Below, in pieces: positions 7,241 to 14,888 of a DNA stretch of 32,315 nt. The notes under the pieces are model-generated. The model made no database searches. It saw nothing but the letters and a program-made list of their open reading frames with translations, and had not been told where the DNA came from. This DNA comes from a virus (lineage: Duplodnaviria > Caudoviricetes), in the IMG/VR virus record IMGVR_UViG_3300044724_004722, positions 1 through 32,315 of that record. One strand, given 5' to 3'. Both the position numbers and the translations under genes were made by a program. Numbering within the stretch: position 1 is the first letter of the stretch; each line of letters starts with the position of its first letter.

Positions 7241-8080
7241 ATGGCAGATACAAACCCCTGGATGAAGTGGTGGGTTGGCGATTGGCGAAAAAACCCAAAG
7301 GTGCGTTTGCTTTCCGCAGAATCGAAGGGCGTTTGGCTCGAATGTTTGTGCGTCATGCACGAGCTGGGAACGTATGAAATCGGCGGTACGATTCGTGAGC
7401 TGGCAAAGATGGCAAGCGTCGATTCTGATGAAATGGAACGCAGTATTTTAGAGCTGGAAAAATACGGTGTGGCAGATGTGGAATGGGACAGGTCACAAAA
7501 TGTCCCATCATTATCCCTCGTTTCTCGTAGACGAAAAAGGGAAGGCGAAAAAGCCTCATACGACAGGGAAAGGAAGAAAAAGTACCGGGATTCAATAAAA
7601 GAAAATGCGTTGTCCCAATCATGTCCCACAAATGTCCCCCTATCTGACTCTGTTTCTGACTCTGTTTCTGTTTCTAATAAAAGAAAAAAGGTGAAAAAAT
7701 TGGAAGTCGAAACCCTGTATCAGCACTACCCAAAGAAGGTTGGGAAACGTGCTGCCCTCGTAGCTATAACGAAAGCCCTTGAGCGCATCGCCGGCCGCGT
7801 AGAAGATCCCGTAAAATGGATGGATGAGCGCGTGGCCTTATTCGCCCGCTCACCAGTTGGGCAGGGTTCGTTTTGTCCGCACCCATCAACGTGGTTTAAT
7901 CAGGATCGATTTGATGACGATGTGGGTGAATGGCAGAAGACCGAGAAAAAGGAAAGGCCGAAATGGGGCGAAACCGACAAGGTGGCCAAGTCAAGATCCT
8001 GTTGCGTCTGCGGCGGCAAGGCCACCCATTCGTATCAAACAAAAAACTATTGTGAACAACACGATCAATACTCAAAATGA
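7241..8080 (+). CDS. Phage replication initiator (YdaU/DUF1376-like N-terminus, helical C-terminus)
   Basis: PWMKWWVGDW...LSAESKGVW; SDSVSDSVS linker; YPKKVGK; PHPSTWFNQDRFDD. Confidence 0.85.
   Translation: MADTNPWMKWWVGDWRKNPKVRLLSAESKGVWLECLCVMHELGTYEIGGTIRELAKMASVDSDEMERSILELEKYGVADVEWDRSQNVPSLSLVSRRRKREGEKASYDRERKKKYRDSIKENALSQSCPTNVPLSDSVSDSVSVSNKRKKVKKLEVETLYQHYPKKVGKRAALVAITKALERIAGRVEDPVKWMDERVALFARSPVGQGSFCPHPSTWFNQDRFDDDVGEWQKTEKKERPKWGETDKVAKSRSCCVCGGKATHSYQTKNYCEQHDQYSK
7611..7700. repeat. Putative origin: TGTCCC iterons, a 12-bp repeat and an A-rich tract
   Basis: TGTCCC at 7611, 7622, 7633 (11-bp period); TCTGACTCTGTT x2; A-rich segment follows. Confidence 0.6.
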
Positions 8081-8505
8081 ATACAGCTCAGAAGATCAGA
8101 CAAGCGAAAACGGTGGTATATTGGATGCGTCAATTTCAAAAGAAAGGGGATCAGGCATTGCCCCGAATGAAGGAGGAAATTTTTTGGCACATTATCAAAA
8201 TCGTTTCTCAGGAATCGGGTGTTGATTTTGACGCTATTTTAAAGCCTGGCAGACAAGAATACCTAGTTTGTGCTCGTTTTGTGTTTATCCTGCTTCTGCG
8301 TGAATACACCCACAACACGTTTAGCGAAATTGCTTTTAGCGTTTACGGCAGGGATGGCCGACATGACAACGCTTTCCACGCCTGCCGCAGGGCATCCGAG
8401 CGCATCAATCAAGAAGGTTATTCGGATTATACCTCCCTGTACCACGCTGCTATTGAGCGAATTGTATATCCAAAACGGCGATATGTTGCCGAGGTTGCAC
8501 AATGA
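8077..8505 (+). CDS. DnaA domain IV (Bac_DnaA_C)-like DNA-binding protein
   Basis: RQEYLVCARFVFILLLREYTHNTFSEIA...GRHDNAFHACRR. Confidence 0.8.
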   Translation: MNTAQKIRQAKTVVYWMRQFQKKGDQALPRMKEEIFWHIIKIVSQESGVDFDAILKPGRQEYLVCARFVFILLLREYTHNTFSEIAFSVYGRDGRHDNAFHACRRASERINQEGYSDYTSLYHAAIERIVYPKRRYVAEVAQ

Positions 8506-8753
8506 GATCAGCCCAGTTGAGCATCACGGAAGACGGTGATCTGTGCATCTCGCTTGAATCAGAATCCTTTGTTTTTGATAAGTACACCTTACTGGAACGC
8601 TTACACCAGGCTCCCTCAAGTTTGCGCATGGTCGATTGTCTTGCGATCAGGGCAAGGCGCAGGAAGGGCGTAAGCGTGTCCGAGATTGCCAAGCAGTTTG
8701 GCGTTCATGTGCGCACCGTCTACCGCGTCACTTCCCCGGATTGGAAACTGTAA
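8502..8753 (+). CDS. HTH protein, possible late regulator
   Basis: GVSVSEIAKQFGVHVRTVYRV; located just before the late genes. Confidence 0.75.
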   Translation: MRSAQLSITEDGDLCISLESESFVFDKYTLLERLHQAPSSLRMVDCLAIRARRRKGVSVSEIAKQFGVHVRTVYRVTSPDWKL

Positions 8754-8898
8754 TTGATGAAAATGCTTTTTTGCATTTGCTTTCTTATCTTAAATAATGG
8801 AGCCAATAAAAAAAGTTGATATTCTGCCGCCCGCCCGCGTTCCGTCAAATGCACCTGCGCAGAAGCTCCGCAATTTGAAATTAAACCATATATGGGTT

Positions 8899-9084
8899 AT
8901 GAAAGCAATTCTGAACAGATTGAAGGAAGCAAGCTCATGGGCGGGCGTAGCTATTTTAGGCGGTTTATTCGGTCTTGAAGCCGAAGAATCAAACATCATT
9001 TGGCAGGTTGTCACAGCCATCGCCGCCGCCGTTGCTATTTTCCTCCCTGAAAACGGCGAGACGAAGACGGAAACGAACGACTGA
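8899..9084 (+). CDS. Putative holin
   Basis: RLKEASSWAG plus two hydrophobic segments; coupled to the endolysin. Confidence 0.75.
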   Translation: MKAILNRLKEASSWAGVAILGGLFGLEAEESNIIWQVVTAIAAAVAIFLPENGETKTETND

Positions 9085-9473
9085 TGCCAAAATTTGGGAC
9101 ACGTAGCAAAGCCGTGTTGTCCGAATTGCATCCTGATCTTCAAAACGTACTTGCCGAAGCCATCAAGGTGGTAGATTTTATATGCTATGAGGGCCACCGC
9201 TCACATGAGCGACAACAGCAGTTGTTTGATTTGGGCAAGAGCAAGGCGCGACCGGGACAATCGAAGCACAACACGACACCATCAGAGGCCGTTGATCTTT
9301 GGGCGTACCCAATAAACTGGGACGAACTTCAACAACAGACCTATGTTGCTGGAATCATCATAGGCATCGCTCATTCGATGGGCGTAGCAATGCGCTGGGG
9401 CAACGATTGGGATCAAGACGGTGATACCCGCAACAATGGATTCGATGACCTGCCACACTTTGAGTTGATGTAA
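9084..9473 (+). CDS. Endolysin, peptidase M15 (L-Ala-D-Glu type)
   Basis: EGHRS..RQ, SKHN...AVD, WGNDW, DLPHFEL. Confidence 0.92.
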   Translation: MPKFGTRSKAVLSELHPDLQNVLAEAIKVVDFICYEGHRSHERQQQLFDLGKSKARPGQSKHNTTPSEAVDLWAYPINWDELQQQTYVAGIIIGIAHSMGVAMRWGNDWDQDGDTRNNGFDDLPHFELM

Positions 9474-10036
9474 TGAGCAAAACCAGTAAAATATCAGACC
9501 TGACGTTTGATCCTAAAAATGCGCGTGTTCGCACCGCAAAGGGTGAAGCCATGATTCAGGAATCGTTGCAACAAGTGGGCGCGGCGCGTTCAATTGTCAT
9601 CGACGAAAACGGGGTCATCTTAGCCGGGAACGGTACGGTTGAAGCGGCTGGACAAATCGGTATCGACCGCGTGAAAATCATCGAGGCTTCAGGTGATGAA
9701 ATCATTGCCGTTCGTCGTTCGGGTCTGACAGACGAGCAGAAGAAAAAACTGGCGTACTACGACAACCGCACAGGCGACGAAGCCGAATGGGACATGGAGC
9801 AGATCGCCGCCGATCTTTTAGGTGGGTATGATTTCCTCGACGAACTATTCGACGAAGTAAGCGACCTTGATCTTAAAATGCCGACTGATCTTGTCGCAGA
9901 AAACAAAGATAAGCCTGCAACACTAAAAATAACATTTGAAAGTGAATCTGACCTTTTATCTGCACAGTCTGAGGTTGAAAGTATAGTGTCAAAATACGAA
10001 GGCGCAACATTTTCAGTCAGCATGGGTGAGCTTTGA
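9473..10036 (+). CDS. ParB/Srx N-terminal domain protein
   Basis: DPKNAR, SLQQVG, IVIDENGVILAGNG, DNRT...WD. Confidence 0.85.
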   Translation: MSKTSKISDLTFDPKNARVRTAKGEAMIQESLQQVGAARSIVIDENGVILAGNGTVEAAGQIGIDRVKIIEASGDEIIAVRRSGLTDEQKKKLAYYDNRTGDEAEWDMEQIAADLLGGYDFLDELFDEVSDLDLKMPTDLVAENKDKPATLKITFESESDLLSAQSEVESIVSKYEGATFSVSMGEL

Positions 10037-10098
10037 AACTTAAAAAAAACGGGGCAGATCCGATCCATGCGCTCAATAAACTTTTAACGGTATAAAAG

Positions 10099-10437
10099 AT
10101 GCCTTCACAATACACAAAAGCGCAGTTCATGAAAGCGGTACAAGGAAGCGGCGGGTACGTTTCTTTAATTGCCGAGCGCGTGGGGTGCAGTATTCCCACC
10201 GTATACGCTTGGAAAGACAGGGATGATGATATTTTTGAGGCCATAAACAAAGAAAAGATCAAGCAAGTCGATCACGCAGAAGGCAAACTTCAATCGTTGA
10301 TTCAAAAGGAAAACCCGACAGCGATCATCTTTTACTTGAAAACTCAGGGCAAAGATCGTGGATATGTCGAGCGGCAGGAAGTCGCAGGCGTAGCCGAAAG
10401 CCCATTGTCATTCAAGTGGACTGAAGGAGATGATTGA
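10099..10437 (+). CDS. terS: Terminase small subunit
   Basis: N-terminal HTH; AIIFYLKTQGKDRGYVERQE; upstream of TerL. Confidence 0.8.
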   Translation: MPSQYTKAQFMKAVQGSGGYVSLIAERVGCSIPTVYAWKDRDDDIFEAINKEKIKQVDHAEGKLQSLIQKENPTAIIFYLKTQGKDRGYVERQEVAGVAESPLSFKWTEGDD

Positions 10438-10678
10438 GATGAAATTAACTCCAATGTGGGGATATGAAGACCCACCCACGCCAAAGGGCTTGAACTGGGA
10501 AGACATACAAGTCGGCGGCTGGTATCGCTACGAGGAAACACCGTCATTTACCTGTCGCAAGGTGGATGCAACCACCTACGAGCAATGGAGCCATAATTCC
10601 CTTTTTTGTGGTCGAAGAAGCGTCACGATTCTGATGAAGGGATGTTACCATCCATGTAGTGGACTTGGACGAAAGTGA
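10430..10678 (+). CDS. Hypothetical protein between terS and terL
   Basis: Overlaps both neighbours. Confidence 0.6.
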   Translation: MIEMKLTPMWGYEDPPTPKGLNWEDIQVGGWYRYEETPSFTCRKVDATTYEQWSHNSLFCGRRSVTILMKGCYHPCSGLGRK

Positions 10679-11847
10679 TTGAGATCAACAAAACATATTT
10701 GCCCGCTTCAAAGACCTCGTGCCATTACCGTGTTCTCGGTGGCGGTGCGGGGTCTGGCAAATCTGTATTTGTTGCCCAGAACATCCTCCAACGTGCCGCC
10801 GAACAGGGGCGCAGGATCTTGGTGGTGCGCAAGACCGCCCGAACGCTCAGACATTCGACGTTTCAACTGTTCCTCGACATTCTTAGCGCGATGAAGCGCA
10901 CTTCAATGGTGCGGGTTCACAAGTCAGAGATGCGACTCGATTTCCCGTCAGGCGGGGCCATTCTTCACGCTGGCCTTGATGACGCGGAAAAGATCAAGTC
11001 TATCGCCGAGATAGATGACATATGGGTCGAAGAAGCCACCGAGATCAGCAAGCTCGACGCGCAACTGCTCGACCTGCGCCTGCGTGGTAAAGGGTGGCAG
11101 CAGATCACGTTCACCTTCAACCCAACTGTTTTGGCGAAGTGGATTCGCACTTGGTTGGCTGAACGCACCGACACCGACAGCCCTCACGCAGAAGATGTAT
11201 ATGTCCAATTCACCACCGCCGTAGATAATCCGTGGGCGGGTGATGAATATATCAAGCGATTGAAGACGCTACCCAAAGACCTCCGCGAGGTATACTTGAA
11301 AGGCAAATGGGGCGAAGCCCTGCGTGGTCTGGTGTACCCTGATTACACCGTCACCGATACTGCGTGTGAACCTTCGTTCTATGGCCTTGACTTTGGATTT
11401 AACAACGCCACCGCATTGGTGGGCATCCAGAACGCCGACACCGCGATGAGACTGGATGAGATTCTGTATGAATCAGGGCTGACAAATACCGATCTTATTC
11501 GGCGCATGGAAACGCTCATCAAAGACAAGAGCGTCCGCATATACTGCGATGCGGCAGAACCCGCACGAATCGAAGAACTTTCCCGCGCAGGATTCAACGC
11601 GCACCCGGCAGACAAGAGCGTCAACGATGGCATTGATACCGTCAAGCGATACCATCTAGAAATCACACGCACAAGCCAACACCTGCTGAACGAGGTGCGC
11701 GAATACCGATGGGACGAGAACCGCCGCACAGGCGAGCTTCTCGACAAGCCCGTCAAAAACCGGGATCACGCAATGGATGCAATGCGCTACGGCATCCACA
11801 CCGAGTTGGCAGGCGCACATCATACTTTCGGCCTTTGGGGCCAATAA
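10675..11847 (+). CDS. terL: Terminase large subunit (PBSX/Terminase_3-like)
   Basis: Walker A GGAGSGKS, Walker B WVEEATE, TFNP, GLDFG, DHAMDAMRY. Confidence 0.97.
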   Translation: MIEINKTYLPASKTSCHYRVLGGGAGSGKSVFVAQNILQRAAEQGRRILVVRKTARTLRHSTFQLFLDILSAMKRTSMVRVHKSEMRLDFPSGGAILHAGLDDAEKIKSIAEIDDIWVEEATEISKLDAQLLDLRLRGKGWQQITFTFNPTVLAKWIRTWLAERTDTDSPHAEDVYVQFTTAVDNPWAGDEYIKRLKTLPKDLREVYLKGKWGEALRGLVYPDYTVTDTACEPSFYGLDFGFNNATALVGIQNADTAMRLDEILYESGLTNTDLIRRMETLIKDKSVRIYCDAAEPARIEELSRAGFNAHPADKSVNDGIDTVKRYHLEITRTSQHLLNEVREYRWDENRRTGELLDKPVKNRDHAMDAMRYGIHTELAGAHHTFGLWGQ

Positions 11848-11860
11848 ACCTATCAAAAAA

Positions 11861-13279
11861 ATGCTCATTAAAAAGCCTGATATATATTTGCTTGACGGTA
11901 CAACAAAGGGGTTAAGCCTGAAAAGCCCAACCCTCAATGATGTGTTTGGTTATGACACCAATGACCGTAAGGCTGATATGAGTATACAGCAAGCATATAC
12001 CCAGCAGGGTTGGTACAAGCGATGCGTGGATGTGTTAGCCAATAGTCTGGTATCTATGCCGTGGAACGTGTACCGCACGAACTCGGAAGAACCGATTTGG
12101 TCAAGCGGTCAAGAGATCCCCGATGAATTGCAATGGTTTCAGCCCGACGATATTTTGTATCGGGTTGGGGCTTCTCTTGCTTTAACTGGTGCGGCTTTCG
12201 CAATGAAAGAGGGCGAAACCAGAGCAAATGGTCAATTTACATCCGTAACAGGGCTGAAATATATTGCGCCAAAAAACATAAAAGTGGTGACGGAAAAGGG
12301 CAAATATGGGCCAGACAAATACGGTCAATTCCAATTTTTCAAACGCACCGCAAACGGAAAAGACTATTTTATCCCAAAGGAACTGATCGCACATTTTTTT
12401 GCGCCCGATCCGTATATAGAACAGGGGCCGGGTTCATCTTTGGGTTTTTCTGCCCGTACAGGAGCGCAAATCCTTTCCGATCTCGAATCCTTTTCCAGCG
12501 ACCAGTTGCGCAATGGCTTGATCAAACAACACGTATTCGTTGCCGATAAGGATGCTCGACCGCCATCAACCGAACAAATGGACAAGTGGAGGCGGTGGAT
12601 TGTTCGTTTCTTGTCTGGTGCAAAGGGTACAGCTCCCGAAATAATGCAAGGTTTGGACACCAAAGAAATTGGATCTTCTCTTGCCGATTTGCAATCAAAC
12701 GCATTGTCAAAAGATGCAAGGGAAGCAATCACTACGGCGTTTGGGATACCCTTGTCATTGGTAATGTCCAACGCCTCAAACTACGCAACCGCTCAAGCCG
12801 ATCAGATCAACTTTCAGACCATGACCAACATTCCCCGCGCTAAGTTGTGTCAACGGGTTTTGAACAACCAAGTTTTTGCCGATTTGGGTTTGAGAATTGA
12901 AGCAAACCCTGCTCGCTTAGAAGTTTTCCAAGCGGCCGAATTGCAAAAAGCGCAGGCGGTAGCCGCCCTTTCTCCCGGTCGCGTCTTTGTGACCAGAAAG
13001 AAGTTCACGGAAATGATGGGCTGGCAATACAGCCCCGAAGAAGAAGCCGAACTGGAAGCACTAGAGAACCGCCCCGCAAACCCGTCTCCTGTTCGCTCTA
13101 CGCCACGCGAAGTCAAAACCGATGTGGTAGCATGGCGCAGAAAGATCAAGACACATGGGCGCAATGTGGCCTTCTCTCCTGATGCTCTGAATGAACACGA
13201 ATCGTCTGTGATCCGTGAGCGGCTGATGGATGACCTGCCGTTGGATGAAGTCTTTGCCCCGCCATATGTGGGTTTTTAG
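11861..13279 (+). CDS. Portal protein
   Basis: Follows TerL; about 472 aa; ITTAFGIP...SNYATA motif. Confidence 0.93.
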   Translation: MLIKKPDIYLLDGTTKGLSLKSPTLNDVFGYDTNDRKADMSIQQAYTQQGWYKRCVDVLANSLVSMPWNVYRTNSEEPIWSSGQEIPDELQWFQPDDILYRVGASLALTGAAFAMKEGETRANGQFTSVTGLKYIAPKNIKVVTEKGKYGPDKYGQFQFFKRTANGKDYFIPKELIAHFFAPDPYIEQGPGSSLGFSARTGAQILSDLESFSSDQLRNGLIKQHVFVADKDARPPSTEQMDKWRRWIVRFLSGAKGTAPEIMQGLDTKEIGSSLADLQSNALSKDAREAITTAFGIPLSLVMSNASNYATAQADQINFQTMTNIPRAKLCQRVLNNQVFADLGLRIEANPARLEVFQAAELQKAQAVAALSPGRVFVTRKKFTEMMGWQYSPEEEAELEALENRPANPSPVRSTPREVKTDVVAWRRKIKTHGRNVAFSPDALNEHESSVIRERLMDDLPLDEVFAPPYVGF

Positions 13280-13308
13280 AGGGTAGCGTCCACGCCGACC
13301 ACGCACCC
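13270..13308 (+). other. Predicted -1 ribosomal frameshift signal joining portal to MuF
   Basis: G GGT TTT in register directly before TAG; stem GGGT(A)GCGT/ACGC-ACCC 4 nt downstream; -1 frame open into MuF. Confidence 0.7.
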
Positions 13309-13380
13309 GGAAGAAAGGCTTTAAAGCCGCTGGCATCATCAAAAAAAGAGCGCAACGAACACGCGCAGACCATTGAGCGC

Positions 13381-14091
13381 ATGAGGGCCAAGTTGAAGCC
13401 CGATGCCACGAAAACAATCTTGGCGGTGTTAACCCGTCAGGTGACAGCCGCAGCCGATGCAGTTGCTACGGGCGATAGCGTAAGCGAAGCCATCGACGCG
13501 GTAAAAATGAACAAGGCACTTGCAAAGGTTTGGAATCAAGCTATTCCCGTCTTTGCAGGTGCTACGTTCAATGCCATTGAAAAGACGCTGAAAGGCTACG
13601 GAGCCGGTGAAATTGTCGATTGGGCCGAATCCGCTGATGATCTGATTGCAACTATTGGAGCCGAAAAAGTTTTTTTGATAAACAAAGCCACCGAAAATTA
13701 TATTCGCCGACAGATGCGCATAGGCGTTCAGGAAGGATTGGCTGTCAAAGAAGTGGCTGACAAAATCCGCGAGGAATGGGACGAAAAATCATTAAACGGC
13801 TTGACCTACGGGGCTAATCGTGCCGAGCGCATAGCATCAACCGAACTGGTGGGCGCATCAAATTACGGGTCTATCATTGGAGCAGAATCGACGGGGCTGG
13901 ACTTAGAAAAAGTTTGGCTCACGGCTAATGATAACGTTGTTCGAGATTCGCACCGAGAAATGAACGGAAAATTTGCAAATCTGAACGAAGCCTTTTCAAA
14001 CGGTATGCAATACCCCGGCGACCCGAATGGCGGCGCGGCAGAAGTAATACGGTGCAGGTGTACAATCTATCATAGAGTAATCAAAAAATGA
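13381..14091 (+). CDS. MuF/SPP1 gp7 minor head protein (frame open from 13249)
   Basis: RAERIASTE, KVWLTANDNVVRDSH, YPGDP, IRCRC. Confidence 0.93.
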   Translation: MRAKLKPDATKTILAVLTRQVTAAADAVATGDSVSEAIDAVKMNKALAKVWNQAIPVFAGATFNAIEKTLKGYGAGEIVDWAESADDLIATIGAEKVFLINKATENYIRRQMRIGVQEGLAVKEVADKIREEWDEKSLNGLTYGANRAERIASTELVGASNYGSIIGAESTGLDLEKVWLTANDNVVRDSHREMNGKFANLNEAFSNGMQYPGDPNGGAAEVIRCRCTIYHRVIKK

Positions 14092-14351
14092 CATACGATA
14101 AATCTAAACAATACAAAGATGCTTTTTTCTGGTTATTGGGGGTCTTTTGTGCGGTTTCCCTTACCGCCGCATCGTGGTCATTAAACGAAACGGCAAGACT
14201 AACAAGCAGAGTTGACGTAATAGATGACAGCAGATTCACGAAAGAGGATGCTTTGCGCCTTGAAATACAACTCCGCAGGGAAATGGTATCAGCCGTAAAT
14301 GAGATAAAAGATTGTTTAGTGGCGTTGCAGTTTCAGGAGGAATGCCAATGA
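14088..14351 (+). CDS. Single-TM protein with helical tail
   Basis: AFFWLLGVFCAVSLTAASWSL; ATGA overlaps. Confidence 0.7.
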   Translation: MTYDKSKQYKDAFFWLLGVFCAVSLTAASWSLNETARLTSRVDVIDDSRFTKEDALRLEIQLRREMVSAVNEIKDCLVALQFQEECQ

Positions 14352-14530
14352 TATATCGCTACAAATACACCGATAAGAAAGGCGGCGAAATTGAGATTGA
14401 TCACCCAATGAAAGACGATGCGCGAACCGAACACGCGGGCCGACCAGTTCAGCGCATTTTTGAAGGTGGCCGACACATCATTTTTAAGGGTCAGGGTTTC
14501 TATTGCACCGACTACAAAGAGAAAAAATGA
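14348..14530 (+). CDS. FmdB-family-like small protein lacking the CxxC pairs
   Basis: IYRY...MKDD...IFKGQGFYCTDY; AGGAGG RBS. Confidence 0.75.
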   Translation: MIYRYKYTDKKGGEIEIDHPMKDDARTEHAGRPVQRIFEGGRHIIFKGQGFYCTDYKEKK

Positions 14531-14706
14531 GCAACGACAAACCAGCATACGACGCAGAACGCCAACGCTTTCTTGAAGAGGTAATGCACCTTGCGATGAA
14601 GGTTTGGGATGGAGAATTGGCAGAAATTCGCTTGATGAAAAATAGAAATGGAGCGTCCGTATTTTCAACGGAGCGAATGTACCACAGCGTGAAATTGATT
14701 AAATGA
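14527..14706 (+). CDS. Hypothetical protein
   Basis: ATGA coupling; 59 aa. Confidence 0.6.
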   Translation: MSNDKPAYDAERQRFLEEVMHLAMKVWDGELAEIRLMKNRNGASVFSTERMYHSVKLIK

Positions 14707-14730
14707 GAAAATAATCCTTATATTCTAAAG

Positions 14731-14882
14731 TGTAGCGCGTTCCTACCTCTCCGCGCTATAACGATCAGGATGACCGCTTCTGCGTTATTTCTCCGGCGCA
14801 GGAGCGGTTTTATCCTACTCAACATAAAATTTCCCACCAACTGGGGCCAATGTTTCGCTTTTGCGGAGTATGGCCCCTTTTT
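14731..14882 (+). ncRNA. Structured leader: three hairpins, the last terminator-like
   Basis: Stems 14731-14760, 14767-14816, 14843-14877 plus T5; promoter-like TTGATT-18-TATATT at 14695-14724. Confidence 0.5.
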
Positions 14883-14888
14883 GCATTT

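Noticed and set aside
9473-10036. Plasmid partition system
   Set aside because: ParB N-terminal domain only, no HTH or ParA; this is a common position upstream of terminase.
14718-14888. ORF-track N-terminal extension of the capsid ORF (14850) and the antisense 160-aa ORF
   Set aside because: Both run through the hairpin/terminator region; ATG 14889 fits the protease domain start better.
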